This document shows, in pieces, positions 53,604 to 62,895 of a stretch of 64,000 bases of DNA. Under the pieces are notes generated by a model that searched no databases, was not told where the DNA came from, and worked only from the letters and a program-made list of their open reading frames with translations. The DNA is from an uncultured delta proteobacterium. Lineage in GTDB: Bacteria > Myxococcota_A > Polyangia > Polyangiales > Polyangiaceae. A program made the position numbers and the translations under genes. Within the stretch, counting starts at the first letter, position 1. Every line of letters begins with the position of its first letter. The DNA lies in assembly GCA_963696385.1 (NCBI GenBank), contig CAVOKF010000005.1, positions 1,344,001 to 1,408,000 on the forward strand, written 5' to 3'.

Positions 53604-55544
53604 TCAGCTCCCGCTCGTTGCCGGTTTGGGCGGGCCGCCGAAGATGCTCGCGACGCGACGCTTCTCCTTGCTCGCCTTGTCCTTTTCGGCGTACGTGGGG
53701 ATGATCACTCGATCCCGCTTCGGCAGCTCGCGGCCCTCGAGGACCGCATGGATCTCTTCGGCGTCCAGCGTTTCGCGTTCGATGAGCAAGTCAGCGAGAC
53801 GCTTCAGGGTCTCCCGGCTCGTCGTGAGCAGGTCCTTCACCCGGATGTACTGCCGCTGCACGATCGCACGCACCTCCTGATCGATCTCCTGGGCGGTCTG
53901 TTCGGAGTAGTCTTGCGTGCGTTGCGCGTAATCTCTCCCGAGAAAAATGGATTCTTCCTTCTTGCCGTAAGCGAGTGGCCCGAGCTTTTCGCTCATCCCC
54001 CATTCACAGACCATCTTGTGGGCGATCTCAGTCGCCTTCTCGATGTCGTTGCCCGCGCCGGTGGTCATGCGCCCGAACACGATTTCTTCGGCGATTCGGC
54101 CTCCCAAGGCGACCGCTATGCTGCTTTCGGCCTGTTCCCTCGAAAGGTTGTGCCGATCGTCCTTCGGCAAATACCACGTCACCCCAAGGGCCGGGCCACG
54201 TGGAATGATCGTCACCTTGTGCACCGGGTCGTGGTGAGTGATGAGAACAGAGATGAGCGTGTGCCCGGCCTCGTGAACGGCTGTGGTGCGCTTTTCTTCA
54301 TCGCTGATGACCATCGAGCGCCGCTCGGTGCCCATGTAGACCTTGTCTTTCGCCAGTTCGAAGTCGGCCATGTTGATGGCATCCTTGTCTTGGCGCGCAG
54401 CGAGAAGCGCTGCTTCGTTGACGAGATTTTCGAGATCGGCCCCGGAGAAGCCGGGCGTTCCACGCGCGAGTACCTCGAGGTCGACGTCCGGAGAAAGCGG
54501 GGTCCGTTTGGCGTGGACACGCAAGATCTCTTCGCGGCCCCGAACGTCCGGGCGCGGCACGGTGATCCGGCGGTCGAAGCGACCTGGGCGGAGAATCGCA
54601 GGATCGAGCACGTCCGGTCGGTTCGTCGCGGCAATGATGATGACGCCGTCATTCGATTCAAAGCCGTCCATCTCGACGAGCAACTGGTTGAGCGTCTGCT
54701 CTCGTTCGTCATGGCCGCCGCCGAGCCCGGCGCCGCGATGGCGTCCCACGGCGTCAATTTCGTCGATGAAGATGATGCACGGGGCGTGTTTCTTGCCCTG
54801 CTCGAACAGGTCACGAACGCGGCTCGCGCCAACGCCGACGAACATCTCGACGAAGTCGGAGCCGGAGATGCTGAAGAACGGAACCCCTGCCTCTCCCGCG
54901 ATCGCACGCGCAAGCAACGTCTTGCCGGTTCCCGGGGGACCGATCAGGAGCACTCCCTTCGGGATGCGTCCGCCAAGTCGCTGGAACTTCTTCGGATCCT
55001 TCAGAAATGCGATGATTTCTTCGACTTCGTCCTTGGCTTCATCGATCCCCGCCACGTCCGCGAAAGTGACTTTGTTCTGCGAGTCGCTCAGCATGCGCGC
55101 CTTCGCCTTGCCGAACGACATCGCTTTTCCACCGCCGGCCTGCAGCTGGCGCATGAACAAAAAGAACATGATTCCGATGAAGAGCATCGGAAGCAGCGTC
55201 ACGAGCGTCGACGACCAGAACGGGGTCGAGTCCTCTTTCTCGAAATAAATCTTCAGCTTGCCGTCCTTGCCGAGGGGATTGTTCTCGAGGTCCTGGACGA
55301 GCGCTTCGTCGGCCACGGGGCCCAGCGTCTCCATTTGCTGGCTTTTCCCATCGACGACGTGTGTGAACGTGTACTCGTGGTCTTTGACTCGAACGTCGGT
55401 TACCTGCCCTTGGTGCACCCAGGATGAAAATTCCGTGAAGCTTACCTGCTGTTTGCGCTCACTTGGTTGAAGGACGTTCCATATCGCGAGGAACATCACG
55501 ATCAACAGTACCCACAGCAGAAGTGTCTTGTGCGATTGCTTCAC
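53604..55544 (-). CDS. ftsH: ATP-dependent zinc metalloprotease FtsH
   Basis: Two TMs, [29 protein letters not shown]. Confidence 0.98.
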   Translation of the reverse strand: MKQSHKTLLLWVLLIVMFLAIWNVLQPSERKQQVSFTEFSSWVHQGQVTDVRVKDHEYTFTHVVDGKSQQMETLGPVADEALVQDLENNPLGKDGKLKIYFEKEDSTPFWSSTLVTLLPMLFIGIMFFLFMRQLQAGGGKAMSFGKAKARMLSDSQNKVTFADVAGIDEAKDEVEEIIAFLKDPKKFQRLGGRIPKGVLLIGPPGTGKTLLARAIAGEAGVPFFSISGSDFVEMFVGVGASRVRDLFEQGKKHAPCIIFIDEIDAVGRHRGAGLGGGHDEREQTLNQLLVEMDGFESNDGVIIIAATNRPDVLDPAILRPGRFDRRITVPRPDVRGREEILRVHAKRTPLSPDVDLEVLARGTPGFSGADLENLVNEAALLAARQDKDAINMADFELAKDKVYMGTERRSMVISDEEKRTTAVHEAGHTLISVLITHHDPVHKVTIIPRGPALGVTWYLPKDDRHNLSREQAESSIAVALGGRIAEEIVFGRMTTGAGNDIEKATEIAHKMVCEWGMSEKLGPLAYGKKEESIFLGRDYAQRTQDYSEQTAQEIDQEVRAIVQRQYIRVKDLLTTSRETLKRLADLLIERETLDAEEIHAVLEGRELPKRDRVIIPTYAEKDKASKEKRRVASIFGGPPKPATSGS

Positions 55545-55737
55545 GTAGACCTCGTCTCGGTTCGGCCGGCGCGAGAGGGGATGCTCAGCGCAAACCTCCC
55601 GGACGTCATCAGTCTAATACCTAAGATGCGTAACATCGAGGGACGGTCGCATCCAGCCCAAGTGGGGTAAATTGCCCCCCAGGGCTGAGCGGCGGCGCGC
55701 CTTTCCGGTGCTTTTCCGACCGCCTCCGCGATTTGGG

Positions 55738-56433
55738 TCAAGCTTTCGTGGCGCAAAGTTCGTCCGCGAGCGCACATAAGTGCTCGACCGCGCGGGGGTT
55801 GAGACGCTCGAGAGCCGGGAGAATCTCGTGCCGGACGCGCGTGCGAAGAAAGCGTGGATCTCGATTCGACGGGTCGAGGCAGTGCGGAATTTGATGTCGG
55901 GTCACGTGGGATTCGATGTCCGATCGTCGGGCGCGGATGGCGGGTCGAACTCGGTCTCCATCGCGGGGCGGCAGCGCGGCCAGGCCGCGATACCCCGTTC
56001 CACGCAAGATGCGCATGAGGATCGTCTCGGCGCGATCGTCGGCGTGGTGGCCCGTCGCGATCCGACTGGCGCCCGCACGCTCCGCCGCGCTCCGGAGTGC
56101 CTCCCAGCGCCCGGCTCGCGCTCGAGCTTGCAAGTTGCCTCCGGGCGCGATCTTCAAGCGTGTGCGCTCGAACGGAACATCCAACGAACGCGCGAAGATT
56201 TCTGCGACGTCCAGCTCGTGCGCACTCTCCGACCTCAGTCCGTGATCGACGCCATGCGCGAAGAGGCCGAATGCAAGGCTCCTGCGGAGACCGGAGAGGA
56301 CGTGCAAAAGGGCCATGGAATCGGGTCCGCCGCTGACCGCGATCAGCACCGTCGCCCCCCGTGGAACGAGATCGCGCTCCCGGAGCACGGCTCGCACGAG
56401 CGTGGCCAAGGTCGGAGGATGAGAGCGGGCCAA
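55738..56433 (-). CDS. tilS: tRNA(Ile)-lysidine synthetase TilS (short form)
   Basis: AVSGGPDS, VDHGLR, TGHHADDRAET, DPSN; upstream of ftsH. Confidence 0.92.
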   Translation of the reverse strand: MARSHPPTLATLVRAVLRERDLVPRGATVLIAVSGGPDSMALLHVLSGLRRSLAFGLFAHGVDHGLRSESAHELDVAEIFARSLDVPFERTRLKIAPGGNLQARARAGRWEALRSAAERAGASRIATGHHADDRAETILMRILRGTGYRGLAALPPRDGDRVRPAIRARRSDIESHVTRHQIPHCLDPSNRDPRFLRTRVRHEILPALERLNPRAVEHLCALADELCATKA

Positions 56434-56451
56434 CGAAGGCGTCCTAAACGG

Positions 56452-56640
56452 TCAGCCGATCTCGAACGTCTTGCAGAGCTCGATGGCGACCCCTTCCAGA
56501 GCGTCGCGTCGCGGCGCCGCCACGTATCCGAGCGAGCAGCAAGCGAGGACGTCGTCGAAATGGCCGCAATCTTCGCATGCGAACCGGAAGTCGAACCGAA
56601 GAGCTTGCCTTCGGAGTCGTTCGTCGACCAGCGTTTTCAC
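56452..56640 (-). CDS. Small Cys-rich hypothetical protein (62 aa)
   Basis: GTG start overlaps the rlmD-like stop (GTGA); FACEDCGHFD...CCSLGY...LCKTFE; fills the gap up to tilS. Confidence 0.65.
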   Translation of the reverse strand: MKTLVDERLRRQALRFDFRFACEDCGHFDDVLACCSLGYVAAPRRDALEGVAIELCKTFEIG

Positions 56641-57920
56641 CGATTGCGCCGATCCAGCGCGACCACGGCCTCGACGTGGCTGGTCTGAGGGAACATCTCG
56701 AACGTCGTGGCCGCTCGGACGGCGTAGGCGCTCTGCAGGACGGCAAGGTCCCGTCCGAGAGTGGGTGCGTCGCACGAGACATAGACCACGTGCTTGACGC
56801 GCGAAGTCAAGAGCCGTCGAGCGACGTCGAGTGCTCCCGCTCGGGGCGGATCCAGCACGACGACTCTCGTCGCGGAGTTCCACGCGTGGTGAGCGGCGTC
56901 GGCTTCGATGACCGAGGCGCGCAAGGCGCGTGCGGCCAGATTCGCACGCGCCGCCTGGCAGGCCGCCCCGCTGGCTTCGACGCACTCGAGCGTGCCCACG
57001 CGGCCCGCCAAGAGGACGCTCAGGTTGCCCGATCCGGCGTAGAGCTCGACCGCCCGGTCCACTCGGCAAGCGCCGACGTGTTCGGCGACGCGGCGGACGA
57101 GCATGGCATTGGCCGTGGCATGCGCTTGGGAGAAGCCCCCCGGCGCCAAGCGAAGGGGAAGACCGTCTGCGGCAGTCGTCCAGGGCGTCGGGTCCCCGAT
57201 GCGAGCCGGGCGCGTCGCGCCATCGATGGCGATCTGCGCGCCCGCAAGCCCGCCGGCGGCGACGCCCCGCTCCAAACGGCCGAATACGTTCGCCGCGAGT
57301 TCCCCGGTCCAGCTGATGTGAAGGACCGGGCGGCCCTTGTCGCCCTGTGCAATCTGGACGGCCCCCTGACCGACGGACCCCTCGAACAGCCCACACAAAC
57401 TGCGTCGCGTGAGCTCAAGGACCGGTTCGAGAATGGCGCAGTCATCGACCTCGACGGGATCGCGCGTGCCCGCTTCGTGAATGCCCACGATGACCCGGCC
57501 ACCGCGCGGACAGCGCACGTGGATGCGCGCCCGCGACCGGTAGCGCAGTCCTTGGACAGCAGGCGTCGCTTCAATCGCGATGTCGCGAAACTCGAGGGGT
57601 AGTGCCGCGCGCACATGTTCGGCGTGAATGCGTGCTTGGGCGGTGAGCGACAAGTGCATCCAGTCGCAGCCGCCGCAACGGTCGGCCCAGGCGCAAGCCG
57701 GCGCGACGCGATCGGTCCCGCTCGCCAGCAGCTCGAGCAAGCGCCCCCGCGCGGGACGCGTCGACACGTCCGCCTCCAAGCGCGCGCGGTCTCCCGGAGC
57801 GGTGCGCGGAACGAAGATGGCTCGCCGTTCGCCATTCACGTCGGCGTGAGCCACACCGTTGCCGCCGGGCGCCAGCGATCCGATCGTCGCTTCGAAGGCC
57901 AACGGACGGGCGGTACGCAT
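56637..57920 (-). CDS. rlmD: RlmD/TrmA-family RNA (uracil-5)-methyltransferase with TRAM domain and Fe-S motif
   Basis: CAWADRCGGC, ELYAGSG, LDPPRAG, YVSCD, MFPQTSHVE. Confidence 0.88.
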   Translation of the reverse strand: MRTARPLAFEATIGSLAPGGNGVAHADVNGERRAIFVPRTAPGDRARLEADVSTRPARGRLLELLASGTDRVAPACAWADRCGGCDWMHLSLTAQARIHAEHVRAALPLEFRDIAIEATPAVQGLRYRSRARIHVRCPRGGRVIVGIHEAGTRDPVEVDDCAILEPVLELTRRSLCGLFEGSVGQGAVQIAQGDKGRPVLHISWTGELAANVFGRLERGVAAGGLAGAQIAIDGATRPARIGDPTPWTTAADGLPLRLAPGGFSQAHATANAMLVRRVAEHVGACRVDRAVELYAGSGNLSVLLAGRVGTLECVEASGAACQAARANLAARALRASVIEADAAHHAWNSATRVVVLDPPRAGALDVARRLLTSRVKHVVYVSCDAPTLGRDLAVLQSAYAVRAATTFEMFPQTSHVEAVVALDRRNR

Positions 57921-57923
57921 GCG

Positions 57924-58823
57924 TCAAGGAAACGGCTGCGCGGGCTGGCCGTTCTCGAAATAGAAGCGGAAATACCCGGTAAGGTGTCCTCGGCAACGCG
58001 GAGGCGGACCCAGGCCGCCGGGACAGACCTCTCGTGGGTCGGCGAAATACAAATCGAACTGAGCGTCGCTGAGGCGCTGCTGCGCGTTGGTCTCGGCGGG
58101 GTTGCCGTCGAATAGGCTGCTAAACACGATCGTGCTCGTCCCGGTGGGCGACGAAGGACCGGCCTCGCCCGCACCTGGTTCGGTCGCAAGCGCCACACTG
58201 GCGTCGGCGCCATTCATGCTGGCGACAGGGGTGCCGTCGAGGTCCGCGTCCGTGACGACGTCCGCGTCCGAAGCGACGGTCGCAGGCGCGCCGCACGGCA
58301 AGGGCTCTCCGCCTTCCGGCTCCTCGCAACTGGCGCCGTCGGGCAACGAGACTGCGGACATCGCGTAAAGGGCCACATTCTGGGTGCGGCAGGAGGCGTT
58401 CAAATAAAGCGATGCGTGCACGATCGATGGGTTGGCCACGGCTTGGACCGGGACGCCGGGCGGCGTCACTCCGGCCGGTAGCCCGACCACCAGAGTTTGC
58501 CCGAGAAGGCTCGGACGCGGGCTGCCGTCGGACGCGGGATCTCCGCGGATTTCGCCCGCATCGTCCACGAGGAAGGCGATGCCATCGCTGAAGGTCTCGT
58601 AGTCGCCTCCATTTTGAATGCGAATCTGCATGGCGTCGCCCGGCGACGACGGGACGGCGGCGAAGAAATCCGGATGGAGATTGAAGCTGCCGGTCCAGCA
58701 GTCGAAGACGTCGAGCGTTCCACTGGCTGCGCCCGTCCCTTCGCCTTGGGTACAGGACGGCGCAAACCCGACCCCCAGCAGGGCAACCAGCGCGACGCTG
58801 ACGCAGGAGGTGCGAGGGCTCAC
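57924..58823 (-). CDS. Hypothetical Cys-containing lipoprotein
   Basis: GTG overlaps the mnmA stop; hydrophobic signal ending APSC; C-terminal GYFRFYFENGQPAQPFP. Confidence 0.7.
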   Translation of the reverse strand: MSPRTSCVSVALVALLGVGFAPSCTQGEGTGAASGTLDVFDCWTGSFNLHPDFFAAVPSSPGDAMQIRIQNGGDYETFSDGIAFLVDDAGEIRGDPASDGSPRPSLLGQTLVVGLPAGVTPPGVPVQAVANPSIVHASLYLNASCRTQNVALYAMSAVSLPDGASCEEPEGGEPLPCGAPATVASDADVVTDADLDGTPVASMNGADASVALATEPGAGEAGPSSPTGTSTIVFSSLFDGNPAETNAQQRLSDAQFDLYFADPREVCPGGLGPPPRCRGHLTGYFRFYFENGQPAQPFP

Positions 58824-59959
58824 GCCGAAGAAGGTAGCGTAGACGCCCCGTCGTCGGCACTGTCGTTCATGGCTGCGGCGATGCGCCCTCCGCCGAGCAC
58901 GCGATCGTGTGCATAGAACACGGCGACTTGGCCTCGCGACACCGCCCGAACAGGCCTGTCGAAGACGACGCGCGCGCCCCCGTTCGGCAATGGCTCGACG
59001 AGGGCGTCGTCCCCGACGTGCCGGTATCGGACGCGGACGCGAGCTCGGACTGGAAGCGTCGTGCCTTCGGCGAGCGCCACGTGGCTGAGCTCGGCGCCGC
59101 GTGCCTGCAACCCGCGCTCGTCTCCCACGTGAACCGTGGCCCGTTCGGCGTCGATACGCGTCACGAAGGCGCGGTGGCCGAGCGCAATGCCTAGACCTCG
59201 CCGTTGCCCGACGGTGAACCGATGCACACCGTCGTGCTGGCCAATAGTGGCCCCCTGCTCGTCGAGGATGGCCCCCGGGCGAACTCGTCCCGTGGCGCGC
59301 GCCGATACGAAGTCCACATAGGCGTGAGATGCCGCGGGGACGAAGCACAACTCTTGACTCTCGCCTTTATGGGCGCCCGGCAGACCGCGCGCGATCGCTT
59401 CCGCGCGAACGTCGGCCTTGGTCGACTCGCCAAGCGGAAACGCAAGCCGATCCAGCCATTCGCGGGGACTGGCGTACAAGAAATAGCTCTGATCCTTGGC
59501 CCGATCCGTTCCCATGGCGAGGCAAGGCGAGCCTTTTTCGTTGCGGACGATTCGTGCGTAGTGGCCGGTCGCGACGAACGAGGCACCGAGTCGTTCGGCG
59601 AGGGCGAAAAGCTCGGCGAGTTTCACTTCCCGATTGCAAGCCGTGCACGGGCTGGGTGTTTCCCCTGCGAGGTACGCGTCGACGAAGGGCTCGACGACCG
59701 TGCGTGCGAAGAGGGCGCGGCGGTCGAACGTGAAATGCGCAAAGCCAACCGCATCCGCCACGCGTCTCGCGTCGTATTGGTCCTCCGGGGCGCAGCAACG
59801 GCCGTGACTTGTGCCGGCGCTCGGGTCAGCGGAATAGTCCCAGAGATGCAGGGTCACGCCCACGACCTCGTGGCCTGCGTCGTGGAGGCGAGCCGCGGCA
59901 ACCGACGAATCGACGCCGCCGCTCATCGCCATCAGGACACGGGTTTTCGGAGGCAGCAA
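58820..59959 (-). CDS. mnmA: tRNA 2-thiouridylase MnmA (start uncertain)
   Basis: AMSGGVDSS, PSPCTACN, ATGHYA, DQSYFL, ESQELCF, TVGQRRGL. Confidence 0.95.
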   Translation of the reverse strand: MLPPKTRVLMAMSGGVDSSVAAARLHDAGHEVVGVTLHLWDYSADPSAGTSHGRCCAPEDQYDARRVADAVGFAHFTFDRRALFARTVVEPFVDAYLAGETPSPCTACNREVKLAELFALAERLGASFVATGHYARIVRNEKGSPCLAMGTDRAKDQSYFLYASPREWLDRLAFPLGESTKADVRAEAIARGLPGAHKGESQELCFVPAASHAYVDFVSARATGRVRPGAILDEQGATIGQHDGVHRFTVGQRRGLGIALGHRAFVTRIDAERATVHVGDERGLQARGAELSHVALAEGTTLPVRARVRVRYRHVGDDALVEPLPNGGARVVFDRPVRAVSRGQVAVFYAHDRVLGGGRIAAAMNDSADDGASTLPSSA

Positions 59960-60008
59960 GGGGATCGTGGGCTGCGGCGTAGCATGGCTCCCGAAGAAAT
60001 CCGCGGCC

Positions 60009-60786
60009 TCATGCTCCGACGTCGTCCCGGCTCTCTTGGAGGCCGGTATCCTCGTGGCGGAGCTCTCTGGCGATGAAGTCAATGGCGCGGGCGTGAAGGC
60101 GGCTGCCCCAGGATTTCGAAAGGCCCACCGCCGCGGCAGCCTCGTCCAGCGTTTCTTCGGCAAAGTAGTACCGCTCGATCAATGCGCGCTGCGGCTTCGA
60201 CAGGCGCGTGAGAATGCCTCGGACGTGCTCCATGAGCTCGGCACGAGCGACGAGATCCTCCGGGCTCGAGTCCTGCGCCGAGGCTTCTGCGCCCGCCTGC
60301 GGAGCCGGCGCAAGCGTTCCGACGGCCATCGCCGTAGCGATGCCGGCGAGGTAGGACGCCAATCGCTGGTCGGCTGCCTCGGCCGTGACCGTTCGCTGCG
60401 TGGCGTCCTCCTCGTCGTACCGTTCCTGCACGGTGTCGGCCGCCGATAGCGCGCGCAAGTCTCGATACACGCGACGGGGAAGGGCGCCCCAGCGGCGCAC
60501 CCCGTCGATGATCGCGCCCCGAATGCGCAGATTGGCCCATCGCCGAAACGGCACTCCACGACCCACGTCGAAGGTGCGAGCCGCCATCAGAAGACCCTCG
60601 CGTCCGAATGAACGCAAGTCGTCGAGGGTGGTCGGCGAGCCCCGACCGATTCGCCGGGCAAGCTGTCGCGCGTTCGAAATCGACCAGATCGAGTTCCGAC
60701 TCGAATCGGCTCAAAACCTCGGGCGGGTCGCTCGGGCGCACGCCTCCGTCGGGCGGATCGGGGGGGTTCTCTCCATCGGACGGCAC
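60009..60786 (-). CDS. FliA/WhiG-like sigma70 factor (+1 frameshift near 60678)
   Basis: Region 2 GREGLLMAARTFD...RIRGAIIDGVR; region 4 LIERYYF..TLDEAAAAVGLSKSWGSRLHARAI. The N-terminus joins after one base is removed. Confidence 0.85.
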
Positions 60787-60859
60787 GGGCGCGGATTACG
60801 ATCCGTCGCCAAGCGATTTACGTCAAGATGGGTCGGCGGTATCGTGACCGATCTACGCC

Positions 60860-61558
60860 ATGGCAGGCGACGCGGATCACAAGCCGGCGGAGGAGCGTCC
60901 GAGCGGCCTTGGGCTGGAGGCTGCGGTGCCGCCCCCTCATATCCGCGACGCCTGGCGAACGTGGCTATCCGCGCTCGCCACGGACGCGGACGCCGCGATG
61001 GCCGCGGCACTCGCGTACGATTCGCTTCCGCCCGAGGCGCGCGATGCCTGGCTCGACGCCCTGGGCGTGGACAGCGACCATGTCGATGTGCCGGCGATCG
61101 CGCTTTATGCTCCCCTGCTGGCGGTCGAGTCCGATGTCGGACGCCGCGACCGCATCCACTTGGCGATCTCGTCCGACTCGCGCGGCGGCGCGCCGGACGT
61201 CCAGGATGCACGCGCCATGCGCGGCGTCGGCGACGACGGCACGCACGCGTGCGTACTCGTCGCGCCGGTGTATCTCCAATTCGTTCAAGTGCTTCGTTGC
61301 CGTTACACCCCGAGCGGGGGGTTCATCGCCGTCCACCACGAGCCGCTCCGTCATGCGGGCGATGTGACGGCTATCCGTGAGGTCGAGGGGGTCCCGGTCG
61401 AGCCAACTCCTTTGCGCGTCGTTGTCGAAGAGCTCGCTCACGCCATCCTCGCCGACAAGCGCAGTCGTCGGGCAACACCCTCGGCGTTGGCCTCGATTGC
61501 CCACCTATTCGTTCCGCAGCTGGACGATCAAGGCCGCGACGAACCCTCGCGTCCGTGA
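60860..61558 (+). CDS. Hypothetical protein
   Basis: 232-aa ORF with protein-like composition, divergent from the sigma factor. Confidence 0.65.
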   Translation: MAGDADHKPAEERPSGLGLEAAVPPPHIRDAWRTWLSALATDADAAMAAALAYDSLPPEARDAWLDALGVDSDHVDVPAIALYAPLLAVESDVGRRDRIHLAISSDSRGGAPDVQDARAMRGVGDDGTHACVLVAPVYLQFVQVLRCRYTPSGGFIAVHHEPLRHAGDVTAIREVEGVPVEPTPLRVVVEELAHAILADKRSRRATPSALASIAHLFVPQLDDQGRDEPSRP

Positions 61559-61584
61559 GGCATCTCGGATAAGACGGACCCGCG

Positions 61585-62334
61585 ATGTCGGACCCGCTCG
61601 AGGGCCGTTGCGGTACGTGTGCTCGCTTCGTGCGGGTCGTCGAGACGATTGCCGATACCGGCGAAGTGAAGCACGCAGGCGACTGTCTTCTCGGCGTGTG
61701 GCCTTCCCCGCTTTACGAGACGAGCACCTGCTCGCAGTGGGTCCGGCGTGGCGAGTTCAAAGCGCGGCCAGGGGCCGTTGCTCGGTACAAGGGCGACGTC
61801 GGCTCACTGTCTGTGCGGCACGCGCCGTCGCGGGGCGAGATTCGGGATCGCGAGGATCGCGACGATCGCGAGGCGGACCCGGTACTCCCTGCCCGTGGCG
61901 CGTGCAGCCCCGGGCCTGCACGAGGGCGTAGAACGGTTGGCGACATCCACACATTCGCGCTCGAAAGGGACATCGTCGAGATGGATGCCGAAGAATTTCG
62001 TAAGGTGCTGGCCGAGGTCATCCGCGACGAGTTGGGAATCGGCGAGGTCGACCTCGCCGGCAAGTGGGACGGCGGCGAAATGATCCTCAAACCGGCAAGG
62101 GCAGGGCTTCAGGAGAAGCGCATCCCGCTGGACGTCCTGTTTCACAAAGTCATCATGATCCGCGAACGTCTTCGCGTGCTCGAGCAGAAGATCAATGGCC
62201 ACCCCCGGCTCGGCGACGACGAGAAAGTTCAGCTTCAGCAATACGTCACCGCCTGCTACGGGTCATTGACCACCTTCAACGTGTTGTTCGCCAATCGTGA
62301 AGATCAGTTCGTGGGGCAGAAGGGCGAAGATTGA
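61585..62334 (+). CDS. Hypothetical protein with N-terminal Cys4 motif and conserved-looking helical C-terminal domain
   Basis: CGTC...C...C, then KWDGGEMILKP...FHKVIMIRERLRVLEQKIN...YGSLTTFNVLF. Confidence 0.72.
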   Translation: MSDPLEGRCGTCARFVRVVETIADTGEVKHAGDCLLGVWPSPLYETSTCSQWVRRGEFKARPGAVARYKGDVGSLSVRHAPSRGEIRDREDRDDREADPVLPARGACSPGPARGRRTVGDIHTFALERDIVEMDAEEFRKVLAEVIRDELGIGEVDLAGKWDGGEMILKPARAGLQEKRIPLDVLFHKVIMIRERLRVLEQKINGHPRLGDDEKVQLQQYVTACYGSLTTFNVLFANREDQFVGQKGED

Positions 62335-62851
62335 AGCCGCGACGAGCGCCCTCATGGCGTTGTGTGCAGCCGGGTGTGCTGCCTCGGTGGGATCGGCGCG
62401 ACCGATCACGGCTCAAGCTGGTTCATCCTCGCGGCCGGACCCTGTCGCATTTGCTTTCGACTCACTGGACGATCGCCCCCTTACCTCGGAATCCACGCGA
62501 GGAAAGCCGACCGTTCTCGCGTTCGTGACGACGGCGAGTCTGGCCGCGCAGGCCCAGGTCGATTTCCTCGTGGCGATGGCGAAGCGCGACGGCGAGCGGA
62601 TTGGCTACGGTGTCGTGGCGCTCGAGCCGCCCGAGAATCGAGAGCTCGTCGAGCTCTACGTGAAGGCGCTTTCGATCGGTTTTCCCGTCGCCATCGCGGA
62701 CTTGCAAACTCTGGTGGGCGCGAGCGCCTTCGGCGACGTGCGAAGTGTGCCTGTGACCGTGGTGCTCGACTCCGTTGGCCGGGTCGTTTGGCGGGTGGAT
62801 GGCCGGGTCGCCCGCAGCGACGAAATTCGTGCGGCCATGCTGGGGCTGTAG
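62297..62851 (+). CDS. TlpA/ResA-like thioredoxin-fold lipoprotein lacking CxxC (start uncertain)
   Basis: Lipobox AAGC; FDSLDD...RGKPTVLAF, VRSVPVTVVLDSVGRVV. Confidence 0.7.
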   Translation: MKISSWGRRAKIEAATSALMALCAAGCAASVGSARPITAQAGSSSRPDPVAFAFDSLDDRPLTSESTRGKPTVLAFVTTASLAAQAQVDFLVAMAKRDGERIGYGVVALEPPENRELVELYVKALSIGFPVAIADLQTLVGASAFGDVRSVPVTVVLDSVGRVVWRVDGRVARSDEIRAAMLGL

Positions 62852-62895
62852 AATTTTTGGTTGGGTCCCGCCCGACGCCCGAACCCCCCGTCCTG

